A stretch of DNA of 64,000 nt from Paraspadella gotoi (taxonomy: Eukaryota; Animalia; Chaetognatha): assembly GCA_051294375.1 (NCBI GenBank), contig CM119263.1, positions 27,819,951-27,883,950 on the forward strand. Direction: 5' to 3'. Both the position numbers and the translations under genes were made by a program. The notes below the pieces were generated by a model. That model had not been told where the DNA came from and did no database searches. It saw nothing but the letters and a program-made list of their open reading frames with translations. This document shows, piece by piece, positions 30,240 to 42,215 of the stretch. Every line of letters begins with the position of its first letter. Positions within the stretch are counted from its first letter, which is position 1.

Positions 30240-30659
30240 NNNNNNNNNNNNNNNNNNNNNNNNNAAACAAATATAACGCAAATGATTCTTTACCAAAATA
30301 AACTATATTAATTAAAAATCATATAATTATTAAAAGCCTTTCTTCAGCAACATAATCTTTCAAAAAATATNNNNNNNNNNNNNNNNNNNNNNNNNNNNNN
30401 NNNNNNNNNNNNNNNNNNNNNNNNNNNNNNNNNNNNNNNNNNNNNNNNNNNNNNNNNNNNNNNNNNNNNNNNNNNNNNNNNNNNNNNNNNNNNNNNNNNN
30501 NNNNNNNNNNNNNNNNNNNNNNNNNNNNNNNNNNNNNNNNNNNNNNNNNNNNNNNNNNNNNNNNNNNNNNNNNNNNNNNNNNNNNNNNNNNNNNNNNNNN
30601 NNNNNNNNNNNNNNNNNNNNNNNNNNNNNNNNNNNNNNNNNNNNNNNNNNNNNNNNNNN

Positions 30660-30797
30660 GGGCGCAGCTCGCCGTCTGGGATTATCCCGTCAGCGACAAA
30701 TACACCAACATGTGGCAACAAATGCGCAACACGACTTTTCCCACGACCACCAAAGAAGCCTTACAAAGGGTCATGATGGGAAAGTTCGCTTTTATAG
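30660..30797 (+). CDS. Ir25a: IR25a S2 exon (5' end lost in gap)
   Basis: AQLAVWDYPVSDKYTNMWQQMRNTTFPTTTKEALQRVMMGKFAFIG then gtgaga donor; LAVWDYPVSDKYT is the IR25a signature. Confidence 0.95.
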
Positions 30798-30961
30798 GTG
30801 AGAGTTGGTCGCCGGGGGGGGGGCGGATGGTTTGGTAGGATGGGAAGGAATTGAATGAAAAGAAAGATGGAAAGAGAGATAGAAAGCGAGAATAAAAAAA
30901 AAGGAATTAAAATTAAAAGTAAAAGTCTTATGAAATTGGTACAACCAATATATTATAAGAA

Positions 30962-31005
30962 ATGCTGATGAAGACTCGTAACACTAAGAGTCGAAACATG
31001 TACAA
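30962..31005 (+). ncRNA. Minimal type I hammerhead ribozyme motif (Penelope-like)
   Basis: CTGATGA-A-GACTC[10 nt loop]GAGTC-GAAA-CATGTA followed by aataaa; stem I weak. Confidence 0.65.
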
Positions 31006-31303
31006 TAATAAAAATAAAAATTGCTATTACAACGAATTTTTCGTTTCATCTCTAAACTATTTTAAATAGCAAAAAAGAAAGTCAAAATACAAAGAAAAAA
31101 GGAGAAAATTAAAACTAGAAAAAAATATATTTAAAAAATAAAAACGAAAAAATGAAATTTTGGAAATAGAAAATAGTTGGTTTCCTTTAACAAATTGTAC
31201 AAATAACAAATAATATTCCTTAAATAAATATCGAGACAAAAGCAATTTTTTTACCTTTTTTACCTTTTTTACTTTTTTCCCTTTTTATTTCTCTAACTCC
31301 CAG

Positions 31304-31436
31304 GCGACGCGACCCAAAACCGCTACGCGGAGCTGACGGACTGCAATGTCTGGCAGGTGGGAGAGGAGTTCAGCCGAAAACCTTACGCCTTTGGACTTCA
31401 AAAGGGATCGCCGCTCGTGGCCCAGCTCAACAAAGT
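31304..31436 (+). CDS. Ir25a: IR25a S2 exon
   Basis: cag|GC...GT|gtgagt; GDATQNRYAELTDCNVWQVGEEFSRKPYAFGLQKGSPLVAQLNKV; GDAT and VGEEFSRKPYA motifs, phases 1/2 fit neighbours. Confidence 0.96.
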
Positions 31437-32048
31437 GTGAGTGGAGTCATTGGAAGCGAGAATGTCACGTCTTAGTGATAAGATTGTGATGGTGACGATA
31501 TATAAAGGGTTTGTGAGATGTACTTTAGCTTTGATTGTCACGCGGAACTAAGGATTACTTAAGCAGCTCAACAAGAATATCAAGTTATTTCTTGGTTATG
31601 AATTAAACAATGAACCACTAAATTTTTATACAAACAGATTAGTTAAAAGTTCATTGAGAGAGAACATGAGAAACAAAGAAATCGAATTGAAGAGGTCGGG
31701 CGACTTCTCCCCTCATCTACAATTCTAAGAAATGTCATTTTTTTGTTGTTGATTAACTCCTTCTTGCTCACCTACTTTGAGATGGATTGGTTCGTAACTC
31801 TGTCAGCGTTAAGTTAATTTCTTTGATATTTTTTCCGACCTCTGGATTTCACTTATTTGTTTTTATTTTTTTGTTGTTGTTTATTGTTTATTTCAATTTT
31901 TTTTTCGAATTATTTTCTTTTTTGATTTTGCTCATTTTTTTTCAGCCATTTTCTTTTTTTCCTTTTTCCGCCATCGAATCTTCCCGAGCCGGAGTCTGAT
32001 TAAAAATTAACATACCCATTAAGGCTTTTTTCGCCTTTATTTGGGTCG

Positions 32049-32138
<90 letters not shown>

Positions 32139-32464
32139 AATCAACAATTCAGATAATCAACACTCGAATATCGATCGATGTTTAAACCAAATCCATTTTA
32201 TTTTTCGTCTTTTACAAATTTAATTTGCCTAAAAATCGAAACAGCAATGAATATTTCAGCGGCGAGGAAAAAACGCTATGAAACGCGCTCCGCTTCTACG
32301 TATTCAATGCGAGGCGAGGAAAAAATCTTGGCGCCAGATGTTAATTCGATTTTCTTCTCCGGCGCCACCGTAACTTAAAAAGGAAATAACGTAAAACTAA
32401 AATAAAATAAGTAATTAAAAAAAAAGGAAAAAAACTCGATCCATAACAACAACAATCTGTAACC

Positions 32465-32785
32465 ATGGCGACGCCTCCGGATTCGAATCTCGTCTCTTAT
32501 CTAAAGACGTCGACTGCCCACGGGTTGCCCCGCATCATGAGACGCGCTCGTCATCAGCGCCACCTGTGGATCTTCGTCTGCGGCGCCATCTACGGCAGCA
32601 CNNNNNNNNNNNNNNNNNNNNNNNNNNNNNNNNNNNNNNNNNNNNNNNNNNNNNNNNNNNNNNNNNNNNNNNNNNNNNNNNNNNNNNNNNNNNNNNNNNN
32701 NNNNNNNNNNNNNNNNNNNNGGGGCTGCTAACGCGTAACTACGAGGATCCCGAGGAAGTCGTTCATCAAGATGTCGCTGGAGGAG
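32465..32785 (+). CDS. DEG/ENaC (ASIC/pickpocket superfamily) channel, exon 1: HG motif and TM1 (contains an N gap and probably a 1-nt error)
   Basis: accATGg start; MATPPDSNLVSYLKTSTAHGLPRIMRRARHQRHLWIFVCGAIYGS with STxHG and pre-TM1 R..W; after the gap GLLTRNYEDP(RKSFIKMSLEE) then gtttct donor. Confidence 0.85.
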
Positions 32786-33048
32786 GTTTCTGACGAGGGG
32801 GGCGGAGTTGGGGGGAACCGGGAAGTTTGACGAGCTTGTCGGTTAAACAAGTTTATAGAAACTTGGTATTTATAAATAGTCATTAAAGAAATTATTTTTG
32901 TAAAAGAAAATTATTATTATTAAGGTAAAAAGTTAATTCCAATTTACAAAATTTTCCTTTCCTTACCCCCCGCCAAATCCTACCACTCTTCCTCACACTA
33001 CTCATCCTTTCCTCACCCTAAACAGCTCTCCCTCCGCCTTACCCACAG

Positions 33049-33940
33049 CGCGTCCCAATCGCCGACCGGCTACCGCTTCTACACCGTGACCAGACGTCTT
33101 CCCTCGTCCGCTTCTCTGTCTTCCCGACGCGTCGGCCGTAGAGACTTTGCTGGAGTCAAGCTGTGGTTCTCCAGCCTCAATCCGAAAAGCTGGAGCGACC
33201 CGGGCCTCGTGGATCTAGTGTCGACGCTGAGACCGACGCTCTTTCTTCACGGACCGAAAAGGTCGAGGGGCCGACAGTTTTGGTCGGTCTGTGTAGCCTG
33301 TTGACCCACCGGCCATCCTTATAATCTACTGGTCGTCTCCTGACCGACAGGCTCTGGATTGTACGTCAGGCTGACCGAGGATCCGCGGGGCCCTGTGGGT
33401 CGCCTGTGGACCCAACGTTTCGGATTCTTCGATCGAAGTGGGAGATACTGATTCCTGTCCGATTTGAGGCTGATGCCGATTCCACGCGGCCGAGAGGCCA
33501 GTAATACGCAGAGGCCCTTTCCCGACGGGCTGAAAGGGCCGTCGCTCCTTGGTACAGCGGTGCGCCAATGTCTTCGACGCCTGCTTCTGACTTGGAATGG
33601 CGAAAGATATCGACGGCGGGTGGCCGATACGCGGGCCGAAGCAATGAGAGCTATCTTTCGCCCCAGGATGGAAGGCATCATCGTGCTCCGCAGCCCAGCG
33701 GGCACGCCTGCTGCCCGCCGCGGCCTTCTGCGACGTCCCGCAGCCGGAATGCTTCCGTTCCGCAGCGGCGGAGTCTCTCCGCGACGGGGTGTCGACGAGC
33801 TGTTTGGCGATTTGCAAGAAGAGCAACTACGAGGAAGAGTTTTCGATGAGATTCGAGAATTTCACGGAGGCAGAGATCGAGAGAACTTACTTTGCTGATG
33901 TTAGGTTGGATAACAAGACTTCGGTCAGAGCGGAGATGAG
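33049..33940 (+). CDS. DEG/ENaC exon 2, extracellular domain (several frameshifts in the 5' two thirds)
   Basis: acccacag acceptor, AG|gtaagg donor; 3' part open: AFCDVPQPECFRSAAAESLRDGVSTSCLAICKKSNYEEEFSMRF...DNKTSVRAEM, matching the thumb C...C....Y....S pattern. Confidence 0.7.
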
Positions 33941-34162
33941 GTAAGGAAGAAGAAGAAGGTAAGGGATGGAGTGAGGTTTGGGGTGAGGAAAGAAAGAGTT
34001 GGACTCATTAACCTCATTAACCTCATTAACAAGCTGTGGTGGGTTGTGGTACCATCCCATAATAACATAGCAGGACCAGGTAATATGTTTCAAGGTGAAA
34101 AAAAAAGGATGTGAAAAAACAGAGAGTTTCACGTTTATTTCTCGACTTTAACCTCACTCCAG

Positions 34163-34349
34163 GTTCATGACCCTCACCCGCGTGGTCCAAACCCCGAAGC
34201 TGCAGCTGCAAGACCTCTTCGCCCAATTCGGGGGATACTTGGGGCTGTTGACGGGCGTTTCCGTCATCACCATCATCGAGTTCGTGGAGGTCGGAGTCAA
34301 GTCGGTCGTCGTTGCGACGGGGAGATGCAGGAGAGTCGAGCCGAGTTGA
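34163..34349 (+). CDS. DEG/ENaC exon 3, TM2 and C-terminus
   Basis: ccag|G; FMTLTRVVQTPKLQLQDLFAQFGGYLGLLTGVSVITIIEFVEVGVKSVVVATGRCRRVEPS*; GGxLGLxxGxSxxTxxE TM2 signature; aataaa signals at about 34430-34530. Confidence 0.92.
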
Positions 34350-34788
34350 AGGAATTCGGTCGTGGAAGACTTGAAGACTTGAATTGTTCTATGAACTGAA
34401 AAATGTAACAAACGAAACGCAAAATTGACAATAAACACTAAGTAATATTAGTTACTTCATGAATGTTGCTGCATGCTTAAGGTTAATAAATGATGCTTCA
34501 TTGTCAAAATGATTTATTTTGAATAAATGTAATGTAATGTCGTTTCTATGTAAATAATTTCACTTTTTTCGTTTTAGTTGTGGTTTGTAAATACAATTCG
34601 AGTATATAATACAAGAACCTTGTGTTTTGACTAATATATGAATCAAGTAGATTTCACGCAAACATGACTCCAATAACATCATAAAAAACAAAACACGTAC
34701 TTTTGATCGTCTGGAAATAATTTTTACTCTTTAATGACCACAAATACCATCTGAAATTGAGCATCTTCCCTCCAATTTCCTTCCGCAG

Positions 34789-34958
34789 GATCTTGAAGTA
34801 TTTGAACGATCGATCTCTGGAAAATCTGAAAACTCGTTGGTGGAACAAGAACAGAGTTCAGTGCACTGAACTTCACGACGAAAGCAACGGAATCAGCATC
34901 GAAAACATCGGCGGAGTTTTCGTCGTCATCATCCTCGGGATCGCGTTGGGACTCATAG
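34789..34958 (+). CDS. Ir25a: IR25a S2 end / M4 exon
   Basis: ccgcag|G...G|gtaagg; ILKYLNDRSLENLKTRWWNKNRVQCTELHDESNGISIENIGGVFVVIILGIALGLI with LKxxWW and GISIxNIGGVF. Confidence 0.96.
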
Positions 34959-35545
34959 GTAAGGTCGAACAGGTTGGGAGAATCAGGGGGTAAAGGCTGC
35001 TCGAAGACTCATGCGAAATATGGGGTGAGTGCTGGTCAAAGAAGATAGAAGATTTGAGAAAAAAGGGCGGACCGAAATGGCATTGTAAAAATTAATATTT
35101 TAATACCAGAGTGAAAAAGAGAGTTAATATTAAAGTTTATATGAATGTGTTAGGAGGCAAACCTTGCGGACCCCCTAACGGATTGATGGGCGGGAGCAGA
35201 CCAAAGAGGCAGCTTAAAATGTCTCGGCGATGCTCATAGGAGAGTTAATTCCAAAGTTAATAAGATTTAAGGGACATTTTTTTGAGCAGTGCGCTTCGAA
35301 GACTTTTGACATCGAATATTAATGTAATAAGACTCGTTGCACGTGGCCGTCGTGGTATCAAGCTTTATTTAATACTTGAGTTAACGTCTTCTTCATAAAT
35401 GTCGTTGTTGTCGTCCTCACCTACTTGCCAGACAATGTCATCGTCTCTGTTGTCGTCGTCGTCGTCGTCGTCATAATAATACACGGGATCATAAAATTTA
35501 TGATATAAATAAAGTGCCTCCTCTCCTGTTTTCGCCCTCTTTCTC

Positions 35546-35587
<42 letters not shown>

Positions 35588-35802
35588 ATATATTTTGTCC
35601 CAGTTTGTTTTTCTCTAATCGCATTATTTTACTATTCTTTTCCTACATAACATACAACATTCATTTTTTTTCCATTCTCTCATTTTTTCTTCCTCCCATT
35701 TCTTCCTCTCCATAATTTTCCCCTCTCTTCACCACCTTTCCTACCCACTATTCCTACCCAACCACCATTCCTAACCCCCCCCACACTCCCCTTCCCCAAA
35801 AG

Positions 35803-36022
35803 GCCTCCTATGGGAGTGCTACTGGTACAAGTGGCGCTTCCTCCGTAAGAAGAACCGCGAGGACGGCAAAGCGGAGGGCGTCGACGGCGGCGCGGCTTCA
35901 GGCGCTGGAAACGCCGCGGCTACGCCGAATCAGCTGACCAACTCTTCGGTGGAGGGCATGACGAGGATCTCCGGATCGACGCCGGGAACGCCGTCCGCCG
36001 GAGCGGCGTTGTTGGCCAACAG
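35803..36022 (+). CDS. Ir25a: IR25a M4 end and start of cytoplasmic tail
   Basis: aag|GC...AG|gtgggc; GLLWECYWYKWRFLRKKNREDGKAEG...AALLAN; E.xWY(K/R) post-M4 motif, phase 1 fits previous donor. Confidence 0.9.
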
Positions 36023-36677
36023 GTGGGCGGCGTCGGTTTTAGTTTGAAATGTTGGGCGAGTTGTCGGAGGTGGGTCAAGGGGTAAAGTAATGGAAGGGGT
36101 AAGTTTTAGCCTTAGGTAAGGCAAGGAGAAAGGTAAGGTAAGCTTAGGTAGGAGGTAAGTTAGGGTCAGTAAGGGGTAAGGTAAGAAAGGATAGTTACGG
36201 TGAGATATGGGGTACGGTAAGGTAAGGTAAAAATTTATGTTTTTTGCGATGTTGTTTTCACTTCGTATTTTAGCTTTTTTGTCAGTTTTTGTTGCTTCCA
36301 TCTGTTTCTCGTGTTTCGCTTCGGTGCGTTTTGTTTTGACGCTTTATTTCGACAAAAACTTTTAAGAAGGTATGAGTTGGACTCAATGTTTTTAAAGGTT
36401 CACTTAAATACCAAAAAAAAAATAATAATAATAAAACATTATAGAATTCCAATGGGGCGTTTTTAAAAAAGCGACAATCGTTGTCGGTACACAAACAAAA
36501 TAAACATGATACGTCGTCTTCGAACGTAAAGAATGTTAACACGCCACCTTTACAAAATTCAATTAATTAAACATAATTGCAATTATTATATTATATAAAT
36601 ATATTATATAGAAACATCAAGTTTTTAAAAAAGAAACCAAACGATATAATTAAATTATCGTCTTTCGTCTTCCGCAG

Positions 36678-36861
36678 TCGACGAAATTCGGAAATCCGCA
36701 GCAAAGACACGAATCGACAGATGCAGTTGAATCAGATGCAAATCAATCAGATGCTGCAGCATCACAACAACAGCAGCAACAGCTCGACGCCCGATCATCG
36801 AGATTTGCTGCAGCAGCAACAAATGCAACAGCATCATCACCACAACGACATTCGAGAAGAC
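36678..36861 (+). CDS. Ir25a: IR25a cytoplasmic tail exon (Gln/His-rich)
   Basis: ccgcag|T...GAC|gtgagt; SRRNSEIRSKDTNRQMQLNQMQINQMLQHHNNSSNSSTPDHRDLLQQQQMQQHHHHNDIRED; phase 2 start matches. Confidence 0.8.
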
Positions 36862-37141
36862 GTGAGTTTTATTGCGAAGAGAGTGAGAGTGTGAGAGTGT
36901 GAGCATCTGTGATCCTCATTAATCACGAGAATTCACATGAACAACCTATTTTGGTGATCAGTCACTATTTTGTATCTTAGATATTTTTTTACAAAAAGAA
37001 TTGTTTCAAAAATAAAATAAAAAAAATTTTTTTGAAAAAAAATTTCCAGTTTAAACTAGTAATGTCGCCGAAAAACAGCTGTGGATCTACAAATTAAAAA
37101 AAACTACTTTAAAGGAAATGGTTGAAAGAAAACATTTCCCT

Positions 37142-37273
<132 letters not shown>

Positions 37274-38289
37274 GCACCCGGCGTGAATGTTTCCAACTTT
37301 CCTTTTATTTCATTTTGAAAAGGAGAGAACTTTCCGGGTTCCGGTTCCATCGGGTTTTTTTCTCTCTCTTATTTCCGGTTCTGTTTTCTCTCGGCCATTT
37401 TAACTTTTTCTCTTTTCACTTCGCGATTTTTCTTTTTTCAACTTTTTTTTCGTTTTCTTCTTTTTTTTTCTTTCTTTTTTTTTTCTCTCGGTCTCGACTC
37501 GGGGGTAGAGTTTCCCCGTCAGCGTGAACTTATAATTGTTTCCGTTTTTCCTCGTGCTTGGCGTCTACTTGTCGTTCACGCTGTGAACTCGAAAATGTGT
37601 TTGTGAACCTGCAAAAATGTAGTAAATATTTGGCACGTTCTTTTTTTTTATTTCTTTCCTATAGACTATATTTCATTTTTTTCGTCTCTTTTAATTTTGT
37701 TTCCTTTTACCTCAACCCCTTTTTGGCCTTATTTTTCCGGAACTTTTTTAGTTAAAAATTACTTTAAAGGTCAGGGTTTGGAATAAGGTTAGTGATTAAA
37801 GTTAAGGACTTGGTTTGTGATTTGGGTTAGGGATTTGGGTTAGGGACTGGGTTAGTGACTGGGTTAGAGGTTAGAGTTAAAAATTAAGGATAAGGTTTTA
37901 GGGTTAGAGTTTACATTTAGGTGAGGGTTAAAGTTTATAAGTTTAAGAAGATATTTAGGTTAAATATCGAGGTTAAAATTAAATTCTGGGATTAACGGAC
38001 AGAAATGGGGCACTCTCGGAAAAGAAATCCCCTTTTTTTTTCTTATTTTATTTCCCTTTTTTCTTTCTCATTTTTATATTTTCTTTTCTTCTTTATTTTC
38101 GTTTACTTTCTATTTTCCTTTCTCCTCTATTCCTTCCTTCCATTTCATTTTGTTTCAATCTCCCCCTTTTCCTCCCCTCCTTTTTCCTTTTTTTTTATCC
38201 CTTCCTCCCTTTTTTCTCTTCCAGTTCCCCGCTCGCGCTTCCGGGATCTCGTTCCAATTTAGCGGGAATTTATTTGGGTCTGAAACTCA

Positions 38290-38320
<31 letters not shown>

Positions 38321-38629
38321 AGTCGTCGATGTCATCTTTACGATCGTCACTCCAGTCGTCATCGCGTTTGTAAAGATCATCATCGGCTTTGTCGCTATTG
38401 TCATCAGTGTCGTCGTCGTCGTCGTCATTGTTACTTACGTCGGGATCCTTTTCATCGTCATCATCATCAATATCACTCACAATTATCATCATTATTATCA
38501 TCACGATCATCATCATCGTTATTCTCGCCTTAATCACATCAATAACAAATAATTTATTTCTTATTTTATTTATTTATTTTTAAGCGTGGAGCCGCGTCCT
38601 CAGTCGTCGTTTTCGTCGTCATCGTCGTC

Positions 38630-39436
38630 GCTTCATCGTCGTCGTGGTCGTCGTCGTCGAGTTTTGGGTCAGATGGTTCATCTTTCATTTTCTGATGTAG
38701 TAATAGTCTCGTCTTTTATTTCACTCGTCTTCGCTGCATCGAAATGGTTCATCGTTCATCGTCCTGGTTTATGGTGAATTTTTTTATGACCGAAATTGAC
38801 TTTACATGTAGTGATTTTAATACAAACAAGCAAAACGGATGGGCAACAAATTTTTAACTAATCTGAGTAACGTAAAGTATAATTATTTGTCAAAGGTTGA
38901 TGTTATTTCTTAATAATATTAAAAATATCACTTAGTAACACGTTTAAAAAAAAAAAGAACGGTAATTTCTGTGTTGCGCCGCAGTGACCTTTTTTATGCA
39001 TATTTCCGGCTTATTGAATGACTACCAATAAACAACCAAAAAAATAACCAAATTTAGGCCGTATTAACTTTTAGATTATATGATCGTTTTTTTAAGGCGA
39101 CCACGTGACTTCATAAGTATTATACATATCCCTGAGGTCCCTCCGTTTATACCAAATAAGAAATAAATTGATAAAGTATTACCTGAGTTATGATCTTTTA
39201 TAATATATGTGGGATAAATGAGCGGATTGATACCGACCGACTAACTGACCCACCGACCGACCGACCGAAAAGTGACTTATTCAGTTACTCCGTGAGTACT
39301 CGCGGCGCGACTAAAAATGGAGCCCACATTCGAACTCTCACCCAATATTCCGGTCGACGCTTCGATTTGCACCATAAAAGCTTCGGAAAAAGAAGCGACG
39401 AATTAAAAGGAAAAGAAAATTCTTTCATCTCACATT

Positions 39437-39495
<59 letters not shown>

Positions 39496-40180
39496 ACCGT
39501 GAATATTGGAAATGGCAAGGGCGGTGAGGAGAGGGCGGAGCGGGAGAGAGAAAGAAAAGCTCAAATTGAATGGAAGAATTAAAAAAAAAAGAAAAAGGCA
39601 ACGTGAAAAAGTGTCAAAGAAAGGAAGGAAAGGAAAGGGAGAGAGAGAGAGAGAGAGGGAGAGGGAGACAGAGACAGACAGCCCGGGTTCAATCCTAGTT
39701 TCACCCAAATTTAATTCGAATCTCTCTTCCGTATCGCCGCAGTCATTCGTCAAAGATTTCTCTTTATATCTCATCTTTGGTTTTAATTTATCTTGTAATA
39801 TTTTCATTTCTCCAAACTAATAAAGTTTTCAATTTATATTAATTTGCTTTTGTGCAACTATTTTTCTATTTCTAAAGATTGTCGTCATATGTCTCGTTTC
39901 TTATTTTTAAAAACTCTTATTTTACTAATAATCTTTTTTTTTATTATTATTATCGTTAACATCGTTTAAGTATAACTTTTGTTTTGCTATCAATCGGTTG
40001 ATCGCCCTCGACTTCCTCGTTTTAGTCTTTAATTTTCCCACGCTCTTTGTCCTCGGGTTTTTCATTTCAGAGAGGGGTTGGAAGGTAGAAGTTAGGTTTC
40101 TTCTCTTGTCTAACGCTCCGTCTTCTCATTCTCTCGTTCTCCTCTCTCTCTCGTCTCTCTCTTTCCTTCATCTCCTCTCT

Positions 40181-40211
<31 letters not shown>

Positions 40212-40396
40212 ACCTAAACGATTCAATCTCATTATTTGTCGTTTTTTCTTCTCAAAACCTACGAATAAAAATCGAAAACAGAAAAGGAATAGATTTTTAT
40301 TAGGTTTTTTTTTTCTGGATATTCTTGGATTCTTTTCTGCCCTGCTAAAGAATTAGCTTTGGATAAAAGGTTTTCTCTCTCTCGTCTCTCTTTCCT

Positions 40397-40470
<74 letters not shown>

Positions 40471-41048
40471 CTTCTGAAATGAAACCCGAGGACAAAGAGC
40501 GTGGGAAAATTAAAGACTAAAAACGAGAAGTCGAGGGCGACTCAACGATGTAGCCAAAACAAAAGTTCTACTTAAACGATGTAACGAAATCATAATAAAA
40601 AAAAAGTATTATTCGTAAAATAAGAGTTTTTTAAAATAAGAAAACGAGACATATGACGAACAATCTTTTAGAAATAGAAAAATAGTTGCCACAAAAGCAA
40701 ATTAATATAAATTGAAAAACTTTATTAGTTTGGAGAAATGAAAATATTACAAGATCAAATTAAAACCAAAGATGAGATATAAAGAGAAATCTTTGCGACG
40801 AATGACTGCGCGCGATACGGAAGAGAAGATTCGAATTAAATCTTGGGTGAAACTAGGATTGAACCCGGGCAGTCTGTCTCTGTCTCCTCTCCCTCTCTCT
40901 CTCTCTCTCTCCCTTCCTTTCCTCTTTCTTTGACACTTTTTCACGTTGCCTTTTCTTTTTTTTTAATTCTACCATTCAATTTGAGCTTTCTTTCTCTCTC
41001 CCGCTCCGCCCTCTCCTCACCGCCCTTGCCATTTCCAATATTCACGGT

Positions 41049-41089
<41 letters not shown>

Positions 41090-42215
41090 GAGAAGAGAGA
41101 GAGAGAGAGAAAAGAATGTGAGATGAAAGAATTTTCTTTTCCTTTAATCGTCGCTTCTTTTTCCGAAGCTTTTATGGTGCAATCGAAGCGTCAACCGAAT
41201 ATTGGGTAGAGTTCGAATGTGTGGCTCCATTTTAGTCGCGCCGCGATTACTCACGGAGTGTAACTAATAAGTCACTTTTCGTCGGTCGGTCGGTGGCTGT
41301 CAGTTAGTCGGTCGGTATCATATCCCTTCATTTATCCCACATTATTAAAAAGATCCATAACTCAGGTAATACTTATTATAAATTTCTTTCAATTTGTATA
41401 AACGGAGGGACCTCAGCGGATATGTATAAGTATACTTATGAAGTCACGTGGTTCGCCTCTTAAAAAACGATCATACATATAAAAGTTAATACGGCCTAAA
41501 TTTGTGTATTTATGGTGGACTAAAAACCGACCAACCGTTCATCATAGCGGCCATTGGCCGGAGGCAAGACATTCGCCACTCCCAACCAAAGGTTCCGGGG
41601 TTCTAGGCCGGGTGGGTCGTCTGGCAGTTAAGAGGACGGCGCAGCTTAACTGCCTGCTAACACGGTGTTACAGCCTGATCCGAAACTCAGGGCCTGCTTA
41701 TAGTTGAATGTTCTGTCATTAACACTTATCAATAATGTACTGTCTCTTCATTTTTTATGTTGTTTAATTTGGTAGTCATTCAATTAAGCCAGAAAATATG
41801 CATAAAAAAGGTCACTGCGGCGCAACAACACAGATAATTACTGTTCTTTTTTTTTTTTTAAAAAACGATTCATGGGGAAGACCTGAAACGTGTTACTAAG
41901 GATATTTTTATTATTATTAAAGAAATACATCAACCTTGACAAATAATTATACTTACGTCTCACAGGATTAGTTAAAAATCGGCGCCTGTTGGCCATCCGT
42001 TTTGCTTGTTGTTATTTAAAATCACTACTGTAAAGTCAATTTTCGGTCTTTTAAAAACTTCACCAATAAAACCAGGACGATGGACGATGGAACCATTTCG
42101 ATGCAGCGAGGACGGAGTGAAATAAAAAGACGAGACTATTACTACATCAGAAAATGAAAGATAACCATCTGACCCAAACTCGACGACACGACGACGACGA
42201 CGAACGACGTTGAAG
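38630..42215. repeat. ~3.6-kb inverted repeat: arms about 38630-40070 and 40470-42215 (right arm noisy; probable artefact)
   Basis: e.g. gggtcagatggttcatctttcattttctgatgtagtaatagtctcgtc (38666) versus its reverse complement at 42129-42176; ends at 25-N gap 42237-42261. Confidence 0.9.

Noticed and set aside
38225-38533. Alternative IR25a terminal exon FPARASGISFQ...RRRR
   Set aside because: Phase-0 acceptor fits, but it runs straight into microsatellite-derived sequence; not supportable without transcripts
38259-38537. Minus-strand 'signal peptide plus Asp-rich' biomineralisation-like peptide
   Set aside because: GTG start; the hydrophobic Met/Ile stretch and poly-Asp are two frames of the same (GAT/GAC)n microsatellite
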